Source of the DNA: Octopus sinensis
Lineage: Eukaryota
Length of the DNA stretch: 64,000 bases
Reading direction: 5' to 3'
NCBI RefSeq assembly: GCF_006345805.1
Contig: NC_042997.1
Coordinates: forward strand, 77,438,001 to 77,502,000
A model generated the notes under the pieces. It worked only from the letters and a program-made list of their open reading frames with translations, was not told the origin of the DNA and did not search any database. Shown piece after piece: positions 52,319 to 64,000 of the stretch. How positions within the stretch are numbered: the first letter of the stretch is position 1; each line of letters starts with the position of its first letter. A program made the translations under genes and the position numbers.

Positions 52319-52506
52319 GTATAAAAAGGGAAAGTCTCTGAAACCTCTCTCACTTATATTTTTAAATAACCGTTACAGCCTTTAGTTTTAGTTAATACCT
52401 AACTGCACTCACATTTTTTTCTCATAAGGATAAATATGAATCTCCTAGATCCTATTCTGGTATTTCCTTTCTCAAGTCCTTTGTAAAAATTTTGTTTATA
52501 CTTCTG

Positions 52507-52603
52507 GCACTGAAGAGTACAGTGATATATAATTAATTTAATTTAATTTAATTAATTCTATTCAACCATGATTTTAATATCACTGTACGAAACGATCGTC
52601 TGC
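52507..52603 (+). ncRNA. Type I hammerhead ribozyme, intact core
   Basis: gca-CUGAAGA-GUACAGUGAUAU...AUAUCACUGUAC-GAAA-CGAUCG-UC-ugc; perfect 12-bp stem II. Confidence 0.85.
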
Positions 52604-52712
52604 ATGAATTAAAATTCTATTATATATTTTAACAAATTTTCTCCATTTTTAACAAAATTGTTGAGTTTTATAGTATTTCTTTCCATAAATTCACAGTACA
52701 CCATATATATAA

Positions 52713-52744
<32 letters not shown>

Positions 52745-53137
52745 CACACACACGCACGCACACACGCATACACACAGACATGTATATTCCACACGTTCAT
52801 AGGTGCATATCTTCGTACATGTATACATATAAAAATATTGTATAGTAACACTATACACGCGCGTGCGCGTAAACCCACTCTCATATATTCTTTCACAACG
52901 ATACGCTAAACTTCATTTTTGAAGATTTTCAAAGGTCGGGTTAGGAAGAATAAGATAATAGAAGTTATACAACAATAACTGGTGGGTGGAGCGACAGAAA
53001 ATAAGTTTTATTTCTTTCATTTCTTTCCCCTTTAATGTTCACCTTTTATGACCTAGCTGTTGAGTCACGAGATAGGTGCAACTACCTAGCAGGAAAAAAA
53101 AAACACCTCCTTACAAGCACCTACACACACACGCACA

Positions 53138-53175
<38 letters not shown>

Positions 53176-53635
53176 ACACACACACACACACACATGACTG
53201 TCGTCGCCATGACAAACAAGCAAATATCTTTATTTATTTATTTTTTAGCTGCTTATCTCCCGCGCAAATATCCGTAGTCTGTGCAGTCCAGTAGTTAAGA
53301 GTGATGAGTAAATTAGAGGGTTGAGGAAATTAAAATAGAATAGAGGTTGTAAGGTTGGTTCTAGGGTGGGTAGGACTCATATGTTTACCTTTGATGGTGG
53401 TGTGTATCGTTAATAAAGGCAGTTGACAAAGTGGGGATAGTGATTATAAAGATTTTATGATGTAAATGGGTGTTGTTGTTGCTGCTGCTGTTGTTATTTA
53501 GTTGCAGGTCAGTTTTCGTTTGGAAGACCTATGATCAAAGCCCTTCCAGCCGTGACCATCCGCCTTTACAGAAGTAAGTGCTAATTTATATGACGCAGTA
53601 CCGCAGTATCTGTAGCCAACGCTATAATGACTTGA

Positions 53636-53776
53636 TTTGGGTTAGGGTTAGAATCAGGATTAGGGTTCCGGTTAGGGTTATGGAATAGGGCGAGAGTTAG
53701 GGTTAGGGTTAGAGTTAGGATTTGGGTTTAGGGTTAGGATTAAGGATTAGGGTTTGAATTTAGGGTTAGGGTTAGA
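53636..53776 (+). repeat. Interstitial degenerate (TTAGGG)n
   Basis: Nine exact TTAGGG units among variants (TTAGAG, TTAGGA, TTTGGG). Confidence 0.85.
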
Positions 53777-54041
53777 GCTAGACTGCACGCTAAAACATAA
53801 ATAGCCATGTAGACTGCACTCTAAAGTGGCACCGAGAAATATGTCTATGACTATATTAACAAATGTATCCTTTCTTTCCAAAGACATAAGAGTTATACCG
53901 CGCACAATAAGCTTAGGGGAAGATTTTGCTATTTCTAACAGCTCGAGTTCGGGGTAAGTGATGAGATGATTTTAGTGGTGCAAATAGTAATGGTAATTAC
54001 GATAATTATTGTAATGAAGGTGATGGTAATTATCACAATTG

Positions 54042-54043
<2 letters not shown>

Positions 54044-54140
<97 letters not shown>

Positions 54141-54235
54141 CCATCATCAACATCACCATCATCATCATCATCAACATCACCATCATCATCATCATCATCA
54201 TCATAATGGTGGTGGTGGTGGTGGTGGTGGTGGTA
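54044..54235. repeat. (GAT)n(CAT)n(GGT)n compound microsatellite
   Basis: Read directly; self-complementary around TGATCA near 54081. Confidence 0.9.
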
Positions 54236-54518
54236 TTGACAACAACGGTGAAAGTGAAAATTATGCCGAACAAAAATTATTGCTTTGAAAGACTATATAT
54301 TTTTCTTTCTTTTTTTTTTCTTACAAGTTACTCGTCAGGTTTGACAAGTGTTTAAAGTATTGTGTTCAATCAAAACTCGAAACAAGTAGATTGGTTGTAG
54401 TGTTTCCCCTCCTAATTCTACCATGCTTTCTGTAATGAATGTTGAGCGGAAGTAACATTGCAGCTAGTAGCTTCCTGTATCGCTATAGCAACATCTTTAC
54501 TTAGGCAAATTGCAGTGT

Positions 54519-55045
54519 ACTAGCAGTATAGCCCGGCGTTGCCCGGGATTAAGTTTATTAAGTTTAAGCTAATCAAGCGCTTTGTTTCAAACCAATGTAA
54601 CGCTGACGTCAAATATGAGCGAAATCCGTTGAAATTGGTAAACGTTTGGCTGAAAATAGGTTGCAGGCAATTTGAATAAGAAATCCCATAAGGAATCGGT
54701 TTATCGATTTTTCCACTCATCGATTGTTTTTTTTTTTGTTTTTTTTTTTTTTGAGAACTTAAAGCATGCAAAGATCCTATGAGTCCTAAGTAATGCCGAC
54801 ATCAAGTTTGAACAAAATACGTCAAAATTGGTAAAACATAACAAAAACTCTATTCAACATAAACATAACGTCGCAAGAAATTTGAAAAGCTACACGCGAA
54901 ACCGGTCTTTCTTTTAAATTGTCATTATAAGAGGAAAAAAAAAAAAAAATTTTTTTTTAAAATTTTCTAATATTCTTCAGACATATTGATGCAAATATAT
55001 ATATTTTTTAACATTTAAGCCTTCTGTAGTTTTTTCACTCTTTAC

Positions 55046-55050
<5 letters not shown>
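54519..55050 (+). mobile_element. Non-autonomous Helitron-type element
   Basis: ACTAGC start with CCCGGCGTTGCCCGGG hairpin; ends CTTTACTATTATATA. Confidence 0.6.
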
Positions 55051-55105
<55 letters not shown>

Positions 55106-55106
55106 C

Positions 55107-55415
55107 TGCCTTCCATCTATTTACAAGCTTTTTAATCCTATCAATGTAAAACTCTTTTGGTTTCTAAGCGAAGAACTCTGAAATGTCAGTTTCCACCTCC
55201 TCCTGGCTTGCGAAAGTTATGTTCCCCAAATGATTCCGTAAACTACGAAACAAATGGTAGTCTGAAGGAGCAAGATCAGGAGAATAAGGTGGATGAGGAA
55301 TTTTTTCCCAACTAAGCTCTTCGATCTTCTGTGATGTGATCTTTGCAGTGTGGGGTTGCGCATTGTCCTGATGAAACATCATTACTTTTCGATTCACTAA
55401 AGCAGGTCTTTTTTT
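55107..55415 (-). pseudogene. mariner transposase C-terminal fragment
   Basis: FHQDNAQPH...HPPYSPDLAPSDYHLFRSL. Confidence 0.9.
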
Positions 55416-55419
55416 TTCT

Positions 55420-58400
55420 GCAAAGCTTGGTTCAAACGGGTGTGCTTGGTTGTACGGGTGTGCTTACACTCGAGGAGATGAGTGAGTTCGGGGAAAAGGT
55501 GAGAATCAAACTGACGTCCTCTGCCGGTGGTGATCGTCGCGAGTGTGCCGAAACGGGAAACCCCGTGAAACATTAGCGTTTTGGCGATGGTTTCCGCAGA
55601 AGTGTCCGATAGGGGAAAAGCTTTCGGCTAGCGAGAAAATCTATCAACACAGGTGAGCAGGTGAGTGCAGTTGTTGAAAGGAGGCAAGGGTCCAATGATG
55701 TCAATATGTACGTGTTGAAAACGTGCATCTGGTGTTGCAAAGGAACCGATGGGAGATTTAATGTGTCGGTGTACCTTTGCTTTTTGGCACGCGACGCAAG
55801 TCCTAACACACTCACGGGTATCTTTGTTGGTGTTGGGCCACATGAAACGGGTCGATATCAGCTTTTGTGTGAAGGCAAACACCAGGGTGTGCTAGGGAAT
55901 GCAAAACAGATAAAATAGTACGTTTATGTTTCTGCGGTACGTATGGACGTTCATGACCGATGGAGGTATCGCACCAAATATAGTCTATTGCAGAGGGTAT
56001 CGGTGACTGCTGAAATTACAGAGATGACGAATTCCGGAGCTGTAATAGTTCTTTGTCATCTTGTTGATCAACTGCAATCTGCTGGTGATCAATGGTAGCA
56101 GTGGTGAGGATAGCGCTAAGTTCCATGCGACCTTCCAGCATGTGTCGAAAATGCCTGACCGCGATATACACTGCCAGTAATTCTCGACTGAATGTACTGT
56201 ACTTAGAATCGGCGGGTTTTAAGCGCATGAAGGATACAGGTTGCCAAATACTGTCAGTGAGTTATCGGAGCACACCTCCAGCACCGGAATTGGATACATC
56301 AACTAGTACACACAGTGGGACGTCTGGTTTGGGATACACCAGCATGGTAGCGTTGGATAACGCTTTTTTCAAGGAAGCGAAAGAGGCAAGTTGTTCTTCA
56401 CTCAGGGCAATGTTTTTATTTTTGCTTGTTCGCTATCGCACCAAATCTGTGAGTGGTTGGGCTGTCTCTGCACAGTGGGGTAAAAATCTCCGGTAGAAAT
56501 TCACCAAGCCAAGAAATTCTTGCAATTTGCGGAGAAATGTGGGTGGTGGGAAATCCACGATGGCTTTGACTTTCTCGGGAAGTGGGCGAATGCCATCCTT
56601 ATCGACGATGTGCCCGAGAAAATGATGGCACGCAACTCCGAGCGAACATTTGCTGAGGCTGATAACAATACCATATTCGCGCAATACCATATACTGGCAA
56701 CGAGTACGTCGTCTATGTATGAATAGACAAAAGGCAAACCTCTGGTAACTATGTCTAGAAAACGTTGGAACGTCTGTGCTGCGTTGCATAAGCCGAAAGA
56801 CATATGCAGGTGTTCAAACATTCCGAAGTGTGTCGTGACTGCTGTCTTCGGAATATCCGCAGGTTCCACAGGAATTTAATTGTAAGCTTGCACAAGGTCG
56901 AACTTTGAAAAGATGCGATCTCCATGCAGCGAGCTAGAAAAGTCATGTAGAAGTGAGACAGGACATGCATTAGGTATAGTGCACTTATTTAGTGATTGAT
57001 GATCACTGCAAACTCGTCAATCGGTTGATGACTTCTTAGGAACGCAGTGTATTGGCAAAGATGATCCCGAGGTCAAGCTGGAATTCTCGCCTGACGGCCT
57101 CGAGACGATCTGGTGGTAGCCTTCGGGGTCGTGCAGCAACAGGGTCTCGATGCTGGTCTTGATGTGGTGGGTAACTTCATGTTTGATAGACTGACTATGG
57201 AATACTGGTCAAGCGACGTCCGGGTAGTCTTTAAGGATAGCACTCTAACGGGTAGTCGTTGTTTGCAAAATGGTTGGGCTGACTGTGGCCATATGAGCGG
57301 TTATACCGCGCACAATAAGCTGAGTGGTGCTGTCGACAAGTCTTTTGTGCTTGATATCTACAGGGAGATTGAAATGATGAAGGAAATCGGCTTCTAAGAT
57401 AGGAGTCGGCAGTTTAGCGATGACGAATACCCACTGGAAGGTGCAGCGTAGTTCTTAATTCAATGTTAAGGACTGTTCACCGTAGGTTGGAATTGGTGAG
57501 TGGTTGACTGCCTGAAGACAGACTGGTGTCTCTTTTCTTTTGCCTGAAGTGCAGGAAACAGGGATGATGCTGACTTCCGCGCCATTGTCAACAAGGAAAC
57601 GCGTGCCTGTTACACGATTGCAGACGAAAAACAGGCGTCTTGGTAGGTGAGAGCCAGGAACTTCCATCGCGTTCAATTCCTGGCTGTGTCGTTTCCCGAA
57701 CAGGATGCTGAAAACGAGCATGGAATCGTGCATTTCTGCGCCCGTGTTCCAAATTTTCGGTGGTATCAACAAGTTTCCTGTGAATTACGGGAGGTACTCG
57801 GGCTTCGAGACTTTACCAAATCGACGCAATCAGCTGTTACTTCGACATGGGGTACCAAGCGATAGGGCTTGTATCTGTGTTGTCAGGGCATGTATCGGTG
57901 ATGCCTGCTACGTCATCAATGAGCGCAAGTCCGAAATTTCGGAAGCACCGGTCGCGGAGAGGAAAGGATTTGTAGGATGAACGGCTAGCGTCACAGTCGA
58001 TACTGTTGAATATCAATGTGGTATCTCGGCGATTTTGTCTGCAAGCTCTGCCAGTTCCTCAATGGAAGTGGATTCTCGTGTGGAAACGAGGACTACCTGC
58101 GTGTTAGAGGGCAGATGCTGGAGAAAAAGTTGTTTAAAAATCTTTTCGGGGAGGATCTCATCTCTAAGAAGCTACTTCTTTCTTCGTAGAAGCTGGGAAG
58201 GTGTTCTATCCCGTAATTCTTCCGATGTAAAGAGCTGGTGGAGTCGATTTTTTTGGTGGGCAGGGGAGACTCTGAAGTCCTGTTGATGAGGGTGGTTTTA
58301 AATGTGTCGTATGACACAGAATCGGGTGGTGCCATAATGAGATCTCGGACCACGTTCATGATCTCTGGCGATAGAGAACCGATCACGTGCGCAAGGCGAG

Positions 58401-59295
58401 ACGCATCGCTAACTATTCGGTTGGAAAAAAACTGGGCCTCGATATAGTGAAACTGCAATGCAAGATCTTGCGTCCAAAATGGTGGAATCCTCAGCGTAAT
58501 CGCAACCAGGAATACCATGTTGACTATGGATATGTTCGCCACTGGGTTGTGTTCGGGTAGAGCCATAGTGTGATGACTAATCGCAGCGATTTTGCAGTTC
58601 TGACTCTGTGATGTGTGTTGTGAAGGCTGTCATTCTTCGTCAGGGTTACCAAATATAGCGGGTTGATGTAGCAAAAGATGTTGTTATGGTAGCAGATGAG
58701 ATAGGTATGTGGACGACATCAAAGTAAAACATTGGGAAAGCATCGGATTGTAGTTTAAGTAATTTATTTAATCGACACTTGGATTTACGTGTTATATACA
58801 AAGGAAATCAACTACATGACAATACCAACTTGCTTCGAGTTTCGCGAAGTAAAAATAACCAGGAGAAATACTGTGTCGATATGAAGAGGCAGAACCGGGC
58901 ATGTTTTGTGTCTGTGTGTGCGTTGGCCATTCGGTCTTGACTGTTTATGTTCTGCGACTGCTACTGTATTGGGTCGTTCATGCTGAATGTGTGGTTCTGT
59001 GTTGGCTGCTTGAATGGCGTAAGTTAACTGCTGGCTGTCGACCGTTTGCCTCTTACTGGCTGTCGACCGTTTTACCTCTTACTGGCTGTCTGCAGTCTCT
59101 TGATTTTACCTCTTACTCTTGTCTGCAGCCCGTTGATGGCAAGGTTGGAGGTCGAAGGGAAATCCATCCATCACTTTTTGTCAGGACAAAAAAATTTCTT
59201 TTGCGCCTGTTTGACCAGTGGTGGATCAGACGGGCGAGAATCCTTAGATTCGGTTTCGAATCTGACCTTGGAAAAAGAAAGTGTTGGTTTTTACA
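55420..59295 (-). mobile_element. Ty3/gypsy LTR retrotransposon: 5' LTR, gag, PR, RT, RH, truncated IN
   Basis: LTR 58654-59295; PBS TGGTAACCCTGACG (58637-58651); gag IPPFW..IEAQF; PR FLVDNGAEVS; RT FGLCNAAQTFQR..YIDD; RH YSTFSRELLA; IN HVHIDIIGPLP..VDRFSR; many frameshifts; no 3' LTR. Confidence 0.92.
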
Positions 59296-59332
59296 TATAT
59301 CTGTATGGATGGATGCATTTATGTTGTGTATG

Positions 59333-59374
<42 letters not shown>

Positions 59375-59383
59375 CGCGCGCGC

Positions 59384-59422
<39 letters not shown>

Positions 59423-59460
59423 CGTACGTGCGTGCATGCATGCATGCATGTATGTATGCA

Positions 59461-59930
59461 GGTCAGGTTTCTCTTAGTGCTTCTGATAACATGTAACCCA
59501 GTATAATTTGTCGAATTGCCTGACCGTCGTTGACTGAAGTAGCAACCCTACCAAACCTGCTTAATAAGAAGCTTTGTTTTCTTTGGACACTCTGCACGAT
59601 GCAAAGCAAAACTTGTCAAAGGGCGGTTGAACTCAGTAGAGTCGACGGCCAGCCAACAGCTGGAAGTGAGAGACCCTTGGTCTTTGTTTACGCATCTTTC
59701 TAGAAGAAAATTCCAAAATAACATCCGCTTCATTATGAAACCAGAGATTTAACTCTCTCTTTTTTTCTGGACTACTTGGCTATGTAGGCAAGAGTCTTAG
59801 AAATGTTGTGCAAGCTGTTTGTTATTGACGCGCGATTTCAGTATGGGCATTGCTGACAATCTTTAACATCTAGGATAAGATAATTTGTCAATGATGGTCA
59901 TACTCGGCTCTGAATTGACTACCATGACCT
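59461..59930 (+). mobile_element. Non-autonomous RTE-derived element, diverged homologue of 47070-47795
   Basis: TAACATGTAACCCAGTA, GTCAAAGGGCGG, GAGTC(G/A)ACGGCCA and GGTCATACTCG shared. Confidence 0.55.
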
Positions 59931-60148
59931 ATGATTGTAAGCAGAGTTTACAACTTATGCGTAGTCGAGAAACAGATTTTTACTCTTCATAATTTATGGT
60001 TCCTTTACACTCAAGATTCTTTAAAACTGAATCTTCAATCACACTTTTTAATTATATATACACCTTATATATTTGAAGCGTACGCAGAATTCGGGGAAGC
60101 TAAACATGAAGGTAAACAAATGTATTATGCACCCTGTGTGTTTGTGTT

Positions 60149-60152
<4 letters not shown>

Positions 60153-60245
<93 letters not shown>
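60153..60245. repeat. (GA)n microsatellite, about 46 units
   Basis: Read directly. Confidence 0.95.
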
Positions 60246-60246
<1 letters not shown>

Positions 60247-60519
60247 GATGTGGGGAGAAGTTCAATAGACTACCAACAAAGATAATAAAGACAGCGAGCA
60301 AACGATACTATCACATTACTAACTAGAAAGAGCAGACGACATCTAATATTACAACTGACGACGCAACAAAAGAAAAATTGTTTTGTTTGTCAGACATTAT
60401 TTGTTTGTAGGGCAAATTCAAATTTAAGAAAAATATTGGCAAAAGAAAACAGTAATGTTGATTGTGTGTGTGTGTGTGTGTGTGTATAATTCGGTCAGGT
60501 GATCTTAGTAATCTACAAT

Positions 60520-61450
60520 ACGAAAAATCTCGACGTTGCAAGATATGAATATTTGGTGTTTGTTGTCTTCTTACAACATAATCAGCTGCAATGGATTCTA
60601 AACAACTTCTCGCGTGCATCAAAGGCTTCTGGTCTGAACATTAGCAGAAAACTGAGAAAACTGAGCTTGTTCATCAGCCTATTCGCGACCATCTTCCCGC
60701 TGTTGCCCTTACTGTAGATGTTGATGGGAAAGCATTAAGAACTATTTCCTCCTTCACTTATCTTGGTTCCATTGTCTCCAATGATGCGAAGATAGATAAA
60801 GAAATTGAGTCCCGAATCGGGAAGCCTAGCTCCGATTTCAGTAAGCTTTATCACAGGCTTTGAAACAGCCACCGAATCCTTGAAAGTGAAAGTTAATGTA
60901 TATAAGTCGGTGGTCTTGACAACATTGCTTTATGGTCCTGAATCTTGGACTCTGTACCGAAAGTACATCAACCAGCGTAACGCTTTTCATATGCGATACT
61001 TGTATACTATGTTCAACATAAAACCAAGTAACCATATGCATATTAGTGAGGTACTAACAAAATTCCACATATCAGGTATTGAAGCCATCCTCATTAAAAT
61101 ACAGCTTAGATGGTCGGCACGTCTCTCACGTATGTGTGATATCAGAATTCCGAAGCAACTTCTCTTTGGTCAATTCCCAACAGAAAGTTCAGTTGGAAGG
61201 CCACTCTTGCGCTTCAAAGACATACTAATAGACAATCTGAAGCGATGTAACATTCCCTTTTCTTCATGGAAAAACAAAGCATCAGGACGCAGGACGTGGC
61301 GCCAGTTTCGCTTCTCCTTAGTTCAAAGATTTGAGCAAAGTCGAATCCAACACCGGGACCCACTTTGTGCAAGCATGAAGGCGCGCTGGCAAAATACTAC
61401 TCCTCTAAATGGAGGTCGATTTCATCGGTTATATGCGGAAATTTAGTCGA
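60520..61450 (+). mobile_element. RTE/BovB-like LINE 3' RT fragment
   Basis: FTYLGSIVS, VYKSVVLTTLLYGPESW, QLRWSARLSRM..RIPKQLLFG, GRPLLRFKD. Confidence 0.85.
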
Positions 61451-61730
61451 CTCTCTGCCCAGAAGACAATGCAGTCATTGAAAGTAAGGGAGGTCACACC
61501 AAATATTGAATATAGCAAACAATCCTAAAGGGTGTACATATTTTTGTATCGTTTGAAAATTAATATTTCGTTCGTATCTTTGAAAATGTTTATTGTTTTG
61601 TGTTCCAAATTTGTATAATGTTTGCATGTATTCAGTATAAATTTCGCTTGATTTCCTTCGATATAATCAGAGTAATGTCAATTTTACTGAAATTTTTAAG
61701 GGCTGTACATACTTCTGTGAGATACTGTAT

Positions 61731-61779
<49 letters not shown>

Positions 61780-61937
61780 ACCCCAACGCACATATTTATG
61801 TATGTATTGCAGTGGTGGTGATGGTGGGAGGTTGCTGTCAACTCACAATTGAGTATGACCACCTTTTGCACTCTCGCTTTTCTTGATATATGTAATACCT
61901 CTTTATCAAGGGTTCTAGTGATAACGACCACGTAGAC

Positions 61938-62277
61938 CAGTGGTTTTCAACTGGGGTTCACATGATCACTGAAGGCCTATATAAGATTTGGTGGGAGGCA
62001 CGCAAGTAAAACAGTAAATTGGGGAACTACAGTAGTATATTAAGTGTTCATAAAAAATTTTACCTTAAATTTATTAATTGCAAAAAAACATCTAGCTTTC
62101 TTTCTCTAACGTTTAACATAGCTCAGTTTACACAAGTGAATGTGTGAAAAACAAAATAGGAATTTTGAAGGAAGTATCAATAAAATTAGTTTTTAAACAT
62201 CGAATGGCTATGGGGATCCACCAGAATAAAATAGTAATCATAGGGATCCATAGATGAAAAGTGGTTGAGAATTACTG
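61938..62277. mobile_element. hAT-type MITE
   Basis: CAGTGGTTTTCAAC / GTTGAGAATTACTG TIRs; TSD ACGTAGAC vs ATATAGAC (difference is consistent with CpG decay). Confidence 0.75.
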
Positions 62278-63608
62278 ATATAGACCATGACTCCCTCGCC
62301 AAGACATCGTCGACATTCAACAGATAGCGCAGCTGCGCGGCAACTGGAGGTGTAAATGCGACTGTTCTCATCAATACTACACATTCCACGACTTTATGAA
62401 CTATAGAAGTGGCAATATTCCATTGTGAGAGACGTACCTGATACACCGACCCCTACAATGGAAATCTACTGTCTGGCTCTGATTCCAAAAAGTTCGAGAA
62501 GTGACTTGCAACGGAAAAACAAAAATGAACCTACATCAAATTTTATTGTGACAAATGCCTGCACGACACAAATATCACCTCCCAACTCTTTGAATCCGTT
62601 AAGAACTTGCAACAAGCAAAAGAAAAATGTGGAAGAAAAGAAAGCTGGCCGGTGGCTACAAACGTCACTGTTTTCATTTAAGACTACCCTCCTCCCAAGT
62701 GCATTTTACGTAAACAAAAAAATATGCATATGAGTACATACATATATACACACTATCGAACAACTATTGACTTCCGAGTTCATTCGCCGTTTGACAGGTC
62801 TTGTTTTTACCTGAAAGTTATTCTTTCTAAGCAGGCTTTATGGGGTAACCAGTTTAGTTAATAACGACACGGCCATACAAGGGCGGACTCAAGGCGGAAG
62901 GGCCTGAGGGGCACGTACCCCCCTCAAGAAAAGAAGTGCGCCCTTCTAAATAATGTTATCTTCTGACCTTGTGCCTTCTCTTCGAAAAATTCCTGAGACC
63001 GCACCTGACCACGCAAGAAGCCGTACTGGATTACGTGCTACCAACTGCACACACAAACACACACACGCACGCACGTACCCACACTCTCTCTATCTCTTAC
63101 ACAGTGCTTTTTCAGTTCGTGTATGTGTGTTTGCGCGCGCGCGTTTTGGGTCACATCGGCTACTTTATTGAGCTTATTTATGAACAGAAATTATCTTCTC
63201 ATCGGGGTTTCAAAATAGAAAACGCGATTCCTCTTTCAGAAATTTCATCTTTGTACAAGTTTCGACTTGTGCAACTAATTTTGGATGGACTGCTTCTCTT
63301 ATTAATTTGTGAATGTTTGAACAGGTGAGACGGGACAGGTGAGATACAAAGCAACAATAGGACATAAAAAAAAACAGAAAGAAATTAAATATGTTGTTGT
63401 CATACTAAAAATAGTTTTTTATTTGGATGCCTCGATCAATATACACTTGATGAAAGTAGGTCTCTTCAACCGAGATTCACCAACATTATTCAATAATATT
63501 GACAACAGTTTTTCAAACTGCTGCACCGACCTCGCTATTTCTCTCTCTATATATATGTGTGTGTATGCATATAAGAATAATACGTGAGTGTGTGTTGTAC
63601 ATGCATGT

Positions 63609-63688
<80 letters not shown>

Positions 63689-64000
63689 CACACACACACA
63701 CACACGAGGAGACAAGGAGACAGAAACATATTAGTAAAACGTCCATCTCCCTAAAAAGAAAATATAACCAGACCTGTGACGACAGTAGCAGCATCAATAG
63801 AAGGCTGAATAGTTAGAAGCTTTTTTGTCATTTGTAGAAACATTTCGAAGAAACATTTACTTGTTTTCTTCTACTGTTGGTCGTTCTTTTCTTTTTTCCC
63901 TTAAAAAGAAAGAATGACATAATGAAAAGTTTGATTAAATCTCTGGTAGAAGAATCAATCTTGTCCCACAAGTAGATCAATATTTCCCTCTTCTTGGCTA

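Overview
AT-rich, repeat-saturated animal DNA with no host gene I can support. The repeat families (tRNA-head SINEs with internal (TA)/(CA) tracts, RTE LINEs with (GAT)n tails, TTAA MITE) look like Octopus; that assignment is my recognition, not a search result. The window is a graveyard of degenerate transposons: Tc1, hAT/Buster, pogo/Tigger, mariner, piggyBac-type and hAT MITEs, Helentron/Helitron-type elements, RTE, CR1-like and R4/Dong-like LINEs, a Ty3/gypsy element with a solo LTR, and a Penelope-like element (PLE; RT + GIY-YIG). The most striking feature is a cluster of about 12 hammerhead-ribozyme (HHR) motifs between about 27.1 and 52.6 kb. They belong to at least 7 sequence-unrelated, mostly non-coding elements embedded in (TA)n tracts. 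Six have an intact core; most have a long extended stem II and a loop-less palindromic stem III, and they sit in direct repeats, inverted repeats or fold-back palindromes. All folds were derived by eye. Nearly all long ORFs in the supplied track are microsatellite artefacts or transposon remnants.
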